Origin: a virus
Lineage: Duplodnaviria; Caudoviricetes
Reading direction: 5' to 3' (one strand)
IMG/VR virus record: IMGVR_UViG_3300027764_000020
Coordinates: 1 to 31,482 of that record
Length of the DNA stretch: 31,482 bases
In this document: positions 1 through 9,560 of the stretch, in pieces
Layout of the letters: every line of letters starts with the position of its first letter
Position numbering within the stretch: position 1 is the stretch's first letter
Notes under the pieces: generated by a model
Database searches by the model: none
What the model was told of the DNA's origin: nothing
What the model saw: only the letters and a program-made list of their open reading frames with translations
Translations under genes and position numbers: made by a program

Positions 1-1
1 A

Positions 2-244
2 TTTGCCTGGATTTGTGCAGATGCCTTTACGAAGTGCCCATTTCCACCACTGAACTGGTACTCGGATGACGTGCAGTGCAACGACCTAAGAGAAGTCGGG
101 TACGAGAATTTTGTGAGCGCGTCCTATGTCCACCACGTCGGGAGCCAGACGGTGGGCGTGGACGCTAACGCATTAACCAACCAGGCAATGCCCTGGCTTA
201 TGAAGAACAGACCCAAATATGCCAAACGCTGGTTTAACTCTTAA
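2..244 (+). CDS. GT2-like glycosyltransferase, C-terminal fragment (5' truncated)
   Basis: Own translation of frame 2: FAWICADAFTKCPFPPLNWYSDDVQC...SYVHHVGSQT...RWFNS*; WYSDD and VHHxGSxT resemble GT2 C-terminal motifs. Confidence 0.65.
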   Translation, partial: FAWICADAFTKCPFPPLNWYSDDVQCNDLREVGYENFVSASYVHHVGSQTVGVDANALTNQAMPWLMKNRPKYAKRWFNS

Positions 245-755
245 CCTGGGGTCCGGCAAGGACTACAGGGATGACTGTCTCAACGCTGACATCCGTCCGG
301 ATGTAGGAACTGATTGGGTGGTGGACATATCCAAGATAAGTCTTGGAGAAGTAGTCAAGTGGAAAGAGCAATATGTCGCCATCAAGCCAGGAATATTTGA
401 GCGAATTATTGCCTTTGACGTTTTGGAGCATATCCCCGACCTAGTCAAAGCCATGACTAACTGCCGCGACTTGCTTGCGGTTGGTGGCGAGATGCACATC
501 ATCGTGCCCTACGAGTTAAGCCTTGGCGCGTGGCAGGACCCGACCCACGTCCGAGCGTTCAACGAGAATTCCTGGGTGTACTACTGCGGCTGGTACTGGT
601 ATTTAGGCTGGCAGGGTTCTAAATTTGACGTGACGCACTTGGACTACAAGCTCTCCGAGTATGGGAAAACCATAGAATTGGGGCTAGACGAGTTGTTACG
701 CACGCCTCGGGCGGTGGACTCCATGTACGTCGTACTACGAAAGATACCCGTATGA
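219..755 (+). CDS. Class I SAM-dependent methyltransferase (Methyltransf_11-like)
   Basis: LNLGSG motif I, DVLEHI, LAVGGEMHIIVP, DPTHVRAF; ATGA overlap with portal. Confidence 0.85.
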   Translation: MPNAGLTLNLGSGKDYRDDCLNADIRPDVGTDWVVDISKISLGEVVKWKEQYVAIKPGIFERIIAFDVLEHIPDLVKAMTNCRDLLAVGGEMHIIVPYELSLGAWQDPTHVRAFNENSWVYYCGWYWYLGWQGSKFDVTHLDYKLSEYGKTIELGLDELLRTPRAVDSMYVVLRKIPV

Positions 756-2872
756 ATATGAACGATATGCCAGTGACCACCGACGTGGCCGCCCAAGAGC
801 CGATGGATGACACCGAACTGGAGGCGATCATCGGGCAGGACCTGACCGACGCCGTCAGTTATATAGATTCTGATATATCGCCTGTACGGGCAATGGGAAC
901 CGCCTACTACCGCGGCGACCCCTTTGGCAACGAGGAAGACGGGCGCTCCCAGGTGGTGGCGATGGAGGTGCGCGACACCGTCAGCGCCATGATGCCTAGC
1001 CTGATGCGGGTGTTTTTCTCTAGCGAGAACACCGTCGAGTACGTCCCCGAAACACCGGCAGATGTGGAACACGCCAAGCAGGCCACCGACTACGCGAATT
1101 TCGTATTCAACCGTGACAACAACGGGTTTATGACCACCTACGCTATCTTCAAGGACTCGCTGGTCAGGAAGTGCGGCATTGCTAAGTTCTGGTGGGAGGA
1201 CTCCGAGAAGGTGGAGATTACCGACTTCAGCGGCCTCGATAACCAGACCCTGCAAATACTGATGCAGGAGCAGGCCGAGGTGAAGATTGTGGTGTCATAC
1301 CCCGACCCCGACGCGCCACCCATGCAGCCAATGGTTAATCCTATGACGGGTCAGATGTTTGAACCATCGGCTCCTATGCTGCACGACGTGCAGATTAAGC
1401 GCGTCACCAAGGACGGGCGCATCAAGATCATGGCAGTGCCTCCCGAGGAATTGCTAATTGACCGCCGAGCGCGTTCCTTTGACGATTGCAGCCTGATCGC
1501 GCACCGCAAGATGGCGACTGTCGCTGAACTGGTGGCGATGGGCTACGACGAGGACGAGGTGCTGGACAACGTCACCGCGTCCGACCTGGACGAGAACGAG
1601 GAGTACCTGGCACGCCAGCCGCTGGCAACTGCCATCGGGCAGACCGATAGCGCCAACCCCATGCAGCGCCGCGTCCTGTACATCGAGGCTTATGAGCGCA
1701 TCGACTACGACGGCGACGGCATCCCAGAACTGCGAAAAATCTGCTGCATGGGTTCCGGCTACAAGGTGGTGCGTAACCTACCGGCGTCCTACATCCCGTT
1801 TGTGGACTTCCCCTGCGACCCAGAGCCACACACCAGCCCCATCGAGGCGATGTCAATTTTTGACATCACCCACGACATCCAGGAGATCAAGTCCGAGATT
1901 TTGCGCAACACGCTGGACTCCTTGGCGCAGTCCATCCACCCACGCACTGCGGTGGTCGAGGGCCAGGTCAACATGGACGATGTGCTGAACAACGAGACCG
2001 GCGCCATCATTCGTATGCGTGCCCCTGGCATGGTGCAGCCGTTCTCCAGCCCATTTGTGGGCCAGGCCGCGTTCCCCATGCTGGACTACATCGACCAGAT
2101 CAAGGAAGACCGCACCGGCATGAGCAAGGCCGCGATGGGTCTGAACGCCGACGCCTTGCAGTCCAGCACAAAGGCGGCGGTAAACGCCACCATCAGCGCA
2201 TCCCAGGGCCGCATCGAACTCACGGCGCGGATGATGGCCGAGGGCATGAAAAAGCTGTTCAAGGGCATCCTGTTCCTGATGGTGACGCACCAAGACAAGC
2301 CCCGCATGATTCGCCTGCGCGACCAGTTTGTGGAGATTGACCCCCGCGCCTGGAACGCCAACATGGACGTGAGCATCAACATCGGCCTGGGCAACGGCGA
2401 CACCAACGAGCGCCTGCAGGCTCTGATGATGATTAGCGCCAAGCAGCAGGAGGCGCTGACCCAATTAGGCCCACAGAACCCGCTGGTAAGCCCGTCCATG
2501 TACGCCAGCACCCTACGCAAGATTGTGGAACTCAGCGGGTTTAAGGACTCCAGCCAGTTTTTCAACGACATCCCTGCCGACTACCAGCCGCCAGCCCCAC
2601 CACCTCCCAAGCCGACACCGGAAGAGGTGCTGGCAAAGGTGCAGGCAGAGTCCATTGAGGCCGACATCCAGAAGAAGGCCGCCGAGTTGGAACTCAAGCG
2701 CGAGCAGATGATCCGCGACGATGACTTCCGGCGCGACCAACTGGCGCAGGATGGACTACTAAAGAAATACGAAATTGAGTTAAAGTACAACGCACAAATT
2801 AGCAACGCTGAGATTCAAGCTGTAACCAGCATGAATCGAGAGGCAACCATCAACCAACCTGGAATGGCATGA
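752..2872 (+). CDS. Portal protein (P22/SU10-like, long C-terminal coiled coil)
   Basis: 706 aa; YYRGDPFGNEEDGRSQVV, AKQATDYANFVF, FKDSLVRKCGIAK; Pro-rich linker then helical tail; precedes scaffold and capsid. Confidence 0.9.
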   Translation: MNMNDMPVTTDVAAQEPMDDTELEAIIGQDLTDAVSYIDSDISPVRAMGTAYYRGDPFGNEEDGRSQVVAMEVRDTVSAMMPSLMRVFFSSENTVEYVPETPADVEHAKQATDYANFVFNRDNNGFMTTYAIFKDSLVRKCGIAKFWWEDSEKVEITDFSGLDNQTLQILMQEQAEVKIVVSYPDPDAPPMQPMVNPMTGQMFEPSAPMLHDVQIKRVTKDGRIKIMAVPPEELLIDRRARSFDDCSLIAHRKMATVAELVAMGYDEDEVLDNVTASDLDENEEYLARQPLATAIGQTDSANPMQRRVLYIEAYERIDYDGDGIPELRKICCMGSGYKVVRNLPASYIPFVDFPCDPEPHTSPIEAMSIFDITHDIQEIKSEILRNTLDSLAQSIHPRTAVVEGQVNMDDVLNNETGAIIRMRAPGMVQPFSSPFVGQAAFPMLDYIDQIKEDRTGMSKAAMGLNADALQSSTKAAVNATISASQGRIELTARMMAEGMKKLFKGILFLMVTHQDKPRMIRLRDQFVEIDPRAWNANMDVSINIGLGNGDTNERLQALMMISAKQQEALTQLGPQNPLVSPSMYASTLRKIVELSGFKDSSQFFNDIPADYQPPAPPPPKPTPEEVLAKVQAESIEADIQKKAAELELKREQMIRDDDFRRDQLAQDGLLKKYEIELKYNAQISNAEIQAVTSMNREATINQPGMA

Positions 2873-3120
2873 CAGAACAAGTAATCCGCGCTGGCCGCAA
2901 GGCACAGGAACTCTTAGAGAACGAGACATTCAACATGGCGCTGACCAAGGTTGAAAACGATCAGCTCTGGGTTTTTAAGAGCAGCAAACCCGAAGAGACA
3001 GCAAAACGCGAGATGGCCTGGTCCATGATTAAGGCGATAGACAGCCTCAAGATTGAGCTGACCAAGACCATCGACAACGCAAAAGTGGCGCAGCGTGCGG
3101 CAGAACGGGTTAACAAATGA
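2869..3120 (+). CDS. Small helical head-region protein
   Basis: 83 aa, ATGA-coupled on both sides between portal and scaffold. Confidence 0.7.
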   Translation: MTEQVIRAGRKAQELLENETFNMALTKVENDQLWVFKSSKPEETAKREMAWSMIKAIDSLKIELTKTIDNAKVAQRAAERVNK

Positions 3121-4073
3121 CAGAATCACTCAATATGGACGCAGCAGTCCAGGCACTCACGGCGATACTTCCGGAAGACGGAGAAAAGTTACCCGACGAG
3201 GCGTTAGCTCAGGAAGCTGAGGCGGCGGTGGATGAGGAATTGTCCGGTGATGCAGACGCATCGGACGAAGAAACACCTACCGAACAGTCAGAGGAAGATG
3301 AGGAGCCCGAGGAGAGCGAAGAGCCGCAGACTTTCACCGTCAAAGTAGATGGCAAGGAAGTTACTGTAACGCTTGACGAACTTCAGCAAGGTTACTCACG
3401 CACTCAAGACTACACGCGGAAGACCCAGCAGATTGCCGAAGTGCGAAAGCAAGTCGAGCAAGAGAGCCAGGCCATCCGCGCCGAGCGTGCGCAGTACGCT
3501 CAATTGTTAGGAGCATTGGAGCAACAGGTTCAGCAGGCGGCACAGCCTCAAGTTGATTGGGACAGACTCTACCAAGAGGACCCCATCGAGTGGGTGAGGC
3601 AGAAAGAGCTAGTGCGTGAGAACCAGGCCAAGTACGAGGCTATTCAGAGCGAACAGCAGCGACTTGCAGAAATCTCACGCCAGGAACAGGCGCAGTCTAT
3701 GCAGGCGTTTCTTGCCACAGAGCAGGAAAGATTGATGGAAGTCCTACCTGAGTGGAAGGACCCAGCTAAAGCCAAGGCAGAGAAAGCGTTACTCATTGAA
3801 TTCGGGCAGAAAGCCGGATTCCAACCTGATGAACTGAAGAACATTTTTGACCACCGCGTCGTGAATGTGCTGCGCAAAGCGGCACTGTACGAACAGATGA
3901 TGTCCAAGCGGGGCAACATCAAGCCGGTAGTCAACAATGGCCCAAGACCAGCCAAGCCAGGGGCAGCCGGTCGCGTATCCACGACAAGCGAGTCAACGCG
4001 TGCAAAACAACGTCTTGCAAAAACTGGCCGCGTCCAAGACGCGGTCTCCGCAATTGAACTTTTATTGAAGTGA
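3117..4073 (+). CDS. Capsid scaffolding protein
   Basis: Acidic N-terminus, FTVKVDGKEVTVTLDELQQGYSRTQDYTRKTQ motif, coiled coils, directly upstream of capsid gene. Confidence 0.88.
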   Translation: MTESLNMDAAVQALTAILPEDGEKLPDEALAQEAEAAVDEELSGDADASDEETPTEQSEEDEEPEESEEPQTFTVKVDGKEVTVTLDELQQGYSRTQDYTRKTQQIAEVRKQVEQESQAIRAERAQYAQLLGALEQQVQQAAQPQVDWDRLYQEDPIEWVRQKELVRENQAKYEAIQSEQQRLAEISRQEQAQSMQAFLATEQERLMEVLPEWKDPAKAKAEKALLIEFGQKAGFQPDELKNIFDHRVVNVLRKAALYEQMMSKRGNIKPVVNNGPRPAKPGAAGRVSTTSESTRAKQRLAKTGRVQDAVSAIELLLK

Positions 4074-4080
4074 GAACACC

Positions 4081-5043
4081 ATGAGTATCGTTACCAATAC
4101 TTTCACCACCTTTGACGCCAAAGGTATCCGTGAAGACCTGTCCAACATCATCACCAACATCGCTCCCGAAGAAACTCCTTACATGAGCAACATCGGACGC
4201 GAGTCGATCAGCAATTCGCTGTTCGAGTGGCAAACCGACACGCTGGCTGCTGCCGCAGCTAACAAGCAGATCGAGGGCGACGATGTCTCCTCTTTTGATT
4301 CTGTTACCGCAACCGTTCGCCTGCAAAACTACGCTCAGATTTCGCGCAAGACCATCATCTTGTCCGCGACTGAAGAGGTTGTTAACAAGGCTGGCCGTCG
4401 CAGCGAACTGGCTTACCAGATCGCCAAGCGTAGTGCCGAACTGAAACGCGACCAAGAGTTCACCATGCTGAACGGCGCTGTGGCTGCTGCTGGTAACACC
4501 AGCACCGCACGCGGTACGGCATCCCTTGGCGCTTTCTTGAAGACCAACATTGACAAGGCAAGCGACGGCACTAACCCATCGTACACAACCCTGCCAAGCA
4601 GCGCCCGTACTGATGGAACCGTCCGCACTTTCACTGAGACCATTCTCAAAAATGTGATTCAGCAAGTGTGGACTTCTGGCGGAACTCCAAAGATCCTGAT
4701 GTGCGGACCTGTTAACAAGCAGCGCGTCAGCGGTTTCTCTGGTATCGCTTCCAGCCGTTTCAACATCAACGGCGGTGAGAAGCCTGCGACATTGATCGGC
4801 GCGGTTGATCTTTACGTCAGCGACTTCGGGACCGTCGCCGTGGTAGCCAACAGGTTCCAACGTGAGCGTGACGCATGGGTACTCGATCCTGAGTACGCCA
4901 AGATGACTGTGCTGCGCCCTTACCAGCAAGTTGAACTGGCGAAGACCGGCGATGCCGAGAAGCGACTTTTGCTCGTCGAGTGGGGCCATAAGGTGTTAGC
5001 CCAGGATGCCCACGGTTTGGCTGCTGACCTGATTACTTCGTAA
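4081..5043 (+). CDS. Major capsid protein (DUF5309/SU10-like)
   Basis: REDLSNII, ETPYMS, FEWQTDTL, NYAQISRK, YVSDFG, LAKTGDAEK motifs; followed by a terminator. Confidence 0.92.
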   Translation: MSIVTNTFTTFDAKGIREDLSNIITNIAPEETPYMSNIGRESISNSLFEWQTDTLAAAAANKQIEGDDVSSFDSVTATVRLQNYAQISRKTIILSATEEVVNKAGRRSELAYQIAKRSAELKRDQEFTMLNGAVAAAGNTSTARGTASLGAFLKTNIDKASDGTNPSYTTLPSSARTDGTVRTFTETILKNVIQQVWTSGGTPKILMCGPVNKQRVSGFSGIASSRFNINGGEKPATLIGAVDLYVSDFGTVAVVANRFQRERDAWVLDPEYAKMTVLRPYQQVELAKTGDAEKRLLLVEWGHKVLAQDAHGLAADLITS

Positions 5044-5051
5044 TCAACTTG

Positions 5052-5081
5052 AAGGGATCAGGGCAACCTGGTCCCTTTTTT
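5052..5081 (+). terminator. Rho-independent terminator after capsid gene
   Basis: AAGGGATCAGG-GCAA-CCTGGTCCCTT stem with GNRA loop, then T run. Confidence 0.85.
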
Positions 5082-5086
5082 AACGC

Positions 5087-5401
5087 ATGAACAATCAAGT
5101 ATTTGACGAAAACAAGGAAGCGGGTATTACCCGTTTTTGGCATTACAACGATGAAACCGGCCAGGCAACGATTCAGACTCAGCAGGATGTCACAGCAGTC
5201 GTTGAAGCAAACAAGGCAGATTTCAACAAGGTAGACGAGCGCGCAAATTGGAGTGGTGAGTGGCATCACGTTGCCAGCATTCCGGAGGGCGTCTACTACA
5301 AACTTAAGGCCGAGGGCAAGCTGGACGATCAGGCGTACATGAAACGCTGGCTCAATGACCCCGACAACAGATTTTTTAGAACGAGACCTGGACAAGTATG
5401 A
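5087..5401 (+). CDS. Hypothetical phage protein
   Basis: 104 aa; QDVTAVVEANK, HVASIP, KRWLNDPDNRFFRT; downstream of capsid. Confidence 0.75.
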   Translation: MNNQVFDENKEAGITRFWHYNDETGQATIQTQQDVTAVVEANKADFNKVDERANWSGEWHHVASIPEGVYYKLKAEGKLDDQAYMKRWLNDPDNRFFRTRPGQV

Positions 5402-6057
5402 ACAACTACATTGCAGTCTGCACCCCAGCGCGTGACATGGTCCACGCCAATTTCACCTACTGCCTGGTGAATATGGTCTGCTATCACACGCTCAACACGA
5501 CAGACGCAGTGTCTCTCAAGATCATGCAGGGCACGCTGATACAAAACCAGCGTGCTGACCTAGCGCTAGATGCGATGCGCGAAGGCTGCACCCATATCCT
5601 GTTCATCGACTCAGACATGACGTTCCCGCAGGACATGGTCGAGCGCCTGCTAAAACATGACCTGGACATCGTGGCAACCAACTGCGCTCGGCGTAGAATT
5701 CCAACAGGCCCGACTGCCCAAAAATACGGGCCAGATGGCGAGCGCGAATTGGTCTACACGATGCCAGAATCCACCGGCATTGAGGAAGTTGGCAGCATCG
5801 GAATGGGAGTGATGCTCATCAAGCGCAACGTCTTTGAGAAGCTGACAGAGCCGTGGTTCGAGACTCCCTGGCGCACCGACAAGCGCGGCTACATCGGCGA
5901 GGACATCTTCTTCTGCCGGAAGGCGCAGGCGGCAGGGTATAAAATCTACATAGACCACGACGTGAGCAAAGAGATCGGCCACATCGGGACGTTTGAATTC
6001 AAGCACGACCACACCTGGATGATGCGCGACATCGAGAAGGAAGAGCATGGCACTTAG
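5398..6057 (+). CDS. GT-A fold glycosyltransferase
   Basis: THILFIDSDMTFP (DxD), GMGVMLIKRNVFEKL, GEDIFFC, IGHIG. Confidence 0.85.
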   Translation: MNNYIAVCTPARDMVHANFTYCLVNMVCYHTLNTTDAVSLKIMQGTLIQNQRADLALDAMREGCTHILFIDSDMTFPQDMVERLLKHDLDIVATNCARRRIPTGPTAQKYGPDGERELVYTMPESTGIEEVGSIGMGVMLIKRNVFEKLTEPWFETPWRTDKRGYIGEDIFFCRKAQAAGYKIYIDHDVSKEIGHIGTFEFKHDHTWMMRDIEKEEHGT

Positions 6058-6667
6058 CACCTACGCTGAACTGAAAGCCTCGGTTGCCGACTGGCTCAAC
6101 CGTAGCGATCTCACGGCTGCCATCACCGACTTTGTCTCTCTTGCTGAAGCGCAAATGGAGCGCACTCTGCGCACCACCCAGATGATTACCCGCGCAACGG
6201 CCACCATTGACGCCGAGTACAACGCAACGCCAGGCGACTTCCTGGAGGCTCGGACGTTCAAGATGGACACAAACCCCGTCAGTCCGTTGCAGTTTGAGAC
6301 CATTGACAGCCTGGATGACTTGCTGACTAAGTACACATCCAGCGGAAAGCCTAAGTTCTTTGGCGTAGTAGGTTCGCAGATCCGCGTTGTTCCTATCCCT
6401 GATTCCAGCTACACGGGTGAGTTGATCTACTACAGCAAGCTCGCCAAGCTATCAAACTCCAACACCACCAACTGGCTGCTCACCAAAGCGCCTGACGTGT
6501 ACCTGTACGGTTCTTTGCTGCAGGCTGCTCCCTACCTACAGGACGACGCAAGAATCCAAGTGTGGGCTGGCTTGTACAAGGCAGGCATAGAGGAACTGCA
6601 AATTGCAGACGAGCGCGGAGCGACTAGCGGCGGCGTTCTGAAGTCACGCGCCAAGTCTTTCGGTTAA
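6047..6667 (+). CDS. Head-tail adaptor / tail tubular protein A-like
   Basis: TYAELKASVADWLNRSDL, FVSLAEA, TNWLLTKAPDVYLYGSL; position after head genes. Confidence 0.75.
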   Translation: MALSTYAELKASVADWLNRSDLTAAITDFVSLAEAQMERTLRTTQMITRATATIDAEYNATPGDFLEARTFKMDTNPVSPLQFETIDSLDDLLTKYTSSGKPKFFGVVGSQIRVVPIPDSSYTGELIYYSKLAKLSNSNTTNWLLTKAPDVYLYGSLLQAAPYLQDDARIQVWAGLYKAGIEELQIADERGATSGGVLKSRAKSFG

Positions 6668-6692
6668 AATTTTCCCAGTTTTGGAGAACAAA

Positions 6693-7247
6693 ATGCAATC
6701 AGAGCGTATCAATGGTCAAGATGCTGCAAGCGTAGCAATCTCGCGTCAATCTTCTATGGATGAAAGCATTGGCATTACCGGCTTTTACGAGCTGACTTGC
6801 TTCGACAAGGACGGAAATCTGAAGTGGTCCCAGCCAATCAAAAACTTGGTTGTGACTGTCGGTAAGAATGACCTGTTGGACAAGTATTTTGCCGGTTCTG
6901 CTTACACCGCAGCCTGGTATATCGGACTGGTTGACGGCGCATCTTCTCCTACCTACGCCGCTGGTGACACCATGTCATCTCATGCCGGATGGAGTGAGAC
7001 AGTGGCTTACTCCAACTCCACCCGTCCATCGGTTGCATGGAACTCAGCATCCTCCGGTTCTAAGGCATCAACAGCTACATCATTCACGATTAACGCTACA
7101 GCTACAGTGGCCGGTGCATTCCTTACCACCAGCAGCACTAAATCAGGCACTGCTGGTACTTTGTACTCTGCTGGTAGTTTTACCGGTGGCAATCGTTCTG
7201 TAGCGTCTGGCGACACGCTGAACGTCACATACACTGCATCGGTCTAA
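6693..7247 (+). CDS. Virion structural protein (S/T/A-rich, tail-associated)
   Basis: GGAG RBS before ATG 6693; KNLVVTVGKN, GTLYSAGSF, SGDTLNVTYT motifs. Confidence 0.7.
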   Translation: MQSERINGQDAASVAISRQSSMDESIGITGFYELTCFDKDGNLKWSQPIKNLVVTVGKNDLLDKYFAGSAYTAAWYIGLVDGASSPTYAAGDTMSSHAGWSETVAYSNSTRPSVAWNSASSGSKASTATSFTINATATVAGAFLTTSSTKSGTAGTLYSAGSFTGGNRSVASGDTLNVTYTASV

Positions 7248-7257
7248 GGAATCAATC

Positions 7258-7434
7258 ATGGCATTCAAGACAGGTGATACCGTAACCATTAGCGGAACAT
7301 CCATGACTGGCACGATTGTGGTCGGAGCAGTTGTGGATGACGATTCGACATTGCTATTCAAAGTCCAATATACCGATCAATTCAACCAGGCACAAGAGCG
7401 TTTCTTCAAAGAAAACGAACTTGTCGCAAGCTGA
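7258..7434 (+). CDS. Small protein, possibly SH3-like (YodC/DUF2158-like); absent from ORF track
   Basis: AGGA RBS; MAFKTGDTVTISGTSMTGTIV...ERFFKENELVAS (58 aa) fills the gap between flanking genes. Confidence 0.7.
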   Translation: MAFKTGDTVTISGTSMTGTIVVGAVVDDDSTLLFKVQYTDQFNQAQERFFKENELVAS

Positions 7435-7450
7435 CCTATAGGAGTCTTTA

Positions 7451-8512
7451 ATGGCTCTAGTCATAGATGATCGCGTACAGGAGACCACTACCACAACGGG
7501 TACTGGCACTTTAACGCTTGCCGGTGCTGTAACTGGCTATCAGTCATTTTCTGCTATCGGTAATGGGAATACCACCTATTACTGCATCACCGACGGAACA
7601 AATTGGGAAACCGGACTAGGAACGTACACCTCTTCCGGCACAACGCTTGCCAGAACGACGGTTCTGGAGTCAAGCAATTCTGGTAGCTTGGTGAACTTCC
7701 CAGCAGGAAGCAAAAACGTCTTTGTGACTTATCCAGCAAGCCAAGCAACGCTGCTTGATGCAGCCCAAACTTTGGCAAATAAGACGCTAACTTCTCCAAC
7801 CATTAACGGGACATCATCAGACGCTAATTGGAAATACCGCGCTGTACGTTTTGATTTTGAAGGTGCAAATGGAGATACAGTTGCTTACAACTATGTAAAT
7901 GGCTTAACTGCTCTGACAAATAGCGCAGCATTATCAACTACACAAGTAAAGTATGGCACTACATCTTTGGCTTGTAGTGGTGGGGCTACATCAGGGCTTC
8001 CACAACTAGTTCCTACTCTTCCGTTAACAATATTAACAAATAATTTTTGTATTGAGCAGTGGATTTACCCTACATCATTTACAAACGCTACAGCCGCTGG
8101 AGTGGTTGAAATTGGCACTAGCTCCACAGCGCGGGTTGCTCTTTATTTTACGTCAGCCACCCAAGTTAACTTTAGGATTAATTCAACAAGCAATTTATTA
8201 ACGCTATCCACTATTGGTATCAGCTTAAATACATGGACGCATATTGCAATTGAAAGAACATCAACAGCAACAAATGGCTTAAAGCTATATATCAATGGCA
8301 CGTTGCAAGGTACGTTCACTTTTGCCACATCAATCCCATCAACATGGAATCTTTATATTGGCAGCACAAGTGATGGCTATCCTATGGCTGGCTACATTGA
8401 CGATTTTAGGCTTACCGCAGCTACCGTCTATGGAGCAGCATTCACTCCACCCACAGCCGCGCTACCTGTAGCTCCCTATGTAATTACAGGGATGGGGCCA
8501 ATTGGCTTTTAA
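7451..8512 (+). CDS. Tail/receptor-binding protein with C-terminal LamG (ConA-like lectin) domain
   Basis: N-terminal DRVQETTTTTGTG anchor; NFCIEQWIYP, LNTWTHIAI, LKLYING, GYIDDFRLT, FTPPTAA. Confidence 0.85.
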   Translation: MALVIDDRVQETTTTTGTGTLTLAGAVTGYQSFSAIGNGNTTYYCITDGTNWETGLGTYTSSGTTLARTTVLESSNSGSLVNFPAGSKNVFVTYPASQATLLDAAQTLANKTLTSPTINGTSSDANWKYRAVRFDFEGANGDTVAYNYVNGLTALTNSAALSTTQVKYGTTSLACSGGATSGLPQLVPTLPLTILTNNFCIEQWIYPTSFTNATAAGVVEIGTSSTARVALYFTSATQVNFRINSTSNLLTLSTIGISLNTWTHIAIERTSTATNGLKLYINGTLQGTFTFATSIPSTWNLYIGSTSDGYPMAGYIDDFRLTAATVYGAAFTPPTAALPVAPYVITGMGPIGF

Positions 8513-8514
8513 TC

Positions 8515-9552
8515 ATGTTTGGTCTTGCACCATTTGGTACACCATTTAGCGCACCAGGAAATTCTTATTCTGTTTTTGCTATTGCGGGTGGCTATGGCGG
8601 CAACTTTTACGGGTACGGACCATATGGAATAAGCACTAGCTTTGATTCCTTGGTTGGTGGATTTGGATACGACAAGTCTTTATCTGAGGCAGGGTCTGCG
8701 GCAGATGACGAGTTAGCAATAACAACGCTTGGCCTGACCATATCAGAGTCGCTGTCAGCATCCGACGTTCTCACCAACATTGCCACACTGGTCGCAAGCA
8801 TTGCAGAGTCAGGGTCTGCGGCTGATTCAATTGACAGAACCTTAGTGGCGGTCGCCTTTGCCAGCGAGTCTGTAACGGCATCCGATTCACAAGACGGAGC
8901 AATTGTTTTTGTAGCTCTTATATCTGAAAGTGCAAGCGCATCAGACGCGCAAGTTTGTGTCTTGACGATACCGGTTCAAGTATCAGAGACACTGAGCATA
9001 TCGGACGCAGTCACCAACGTATTGCAAGCAGTGGCGGCTGTCTCAGAGTCACTCACAGCATCAGACGCAAGCGTAGGCGCGTTGACCATGTCTGTTGCTG
9101 TTGCGGAGGCGCTGACAGCGTCGGAGTCACTATTCCCAGCATTTGGCTATCAAGTTTTTAACTCTGAATCTGTAACTGCGGCTGATTCATTAACCATGAC
9201 GGCGACATTCCTGGCGAGTGTCTCCGACTCTTTGGCCGCCATAGATGCCTACGAAAACGTCGGTATCTTTGTGGCGAGCATCTCCGAATCAGGATCGGCG
9301 CTGGACGATTACCTGCCTGGCTTGGATTTCCTTGCGTCAATTTCCGAGGCGGCTACCGCACTGGATTTCATCACTCAAAGGCTAAAGTGGGAGCCGGAGC
9401 CAATCAATTCCGACACCTGGACAGACTCTGGCACGTCTACCACAACATGGACTACGCAGTCCCCGAATTCACGCAGCTGGACTATAATTTCTGACAACAC
9501 CGACACCTGGACACCAGTAGGCACAACGTCCAAGGATTGGACAACCCAATGA
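8515..9552 (+). CDS. Repeat-rich virion fibre-like protein
   Basis: 12 tandem 20-aa repeats of the SESxSAxD type and six Trp at 10-aa spacing at the C-terminus. Confidence 0.75.
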   Translation: MFGLAPFGTPFSAPGNSYSVFAIAGGYGGNFYGYGPYGISTSFDSLVGGFGYDKSLSEAGSAADDELAITTLGLTISESLSASDVLTNIATLVASIAESGSAADSIDRTLVAVAFASESVTASDSQDGAIVFVALISESASASDAQVCVLTIPVQVSETLSISDAVTNVLQAVAAVSESLTASDASVGALTMSVAVAEALTASESLFPAFGYQVFNSESVTAADSLTMTATFLASVSDSLAAIDAYENVGIFVASISESGSALDDYLPGLDFLASISEAATALDFITQRLKWEPEPINSDTWTDSGTSTTTWTTQSPNSRSWTIISDNTDTWTPVGTTSKDWTTQ

Positions 9553-9560
9553 GGTAAATC

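Noticed and set aside
3931-4989. 352-aa minus-strand ORF
   Set aside because: Antisense shadow of the capsid gene, expected from biased codon usage
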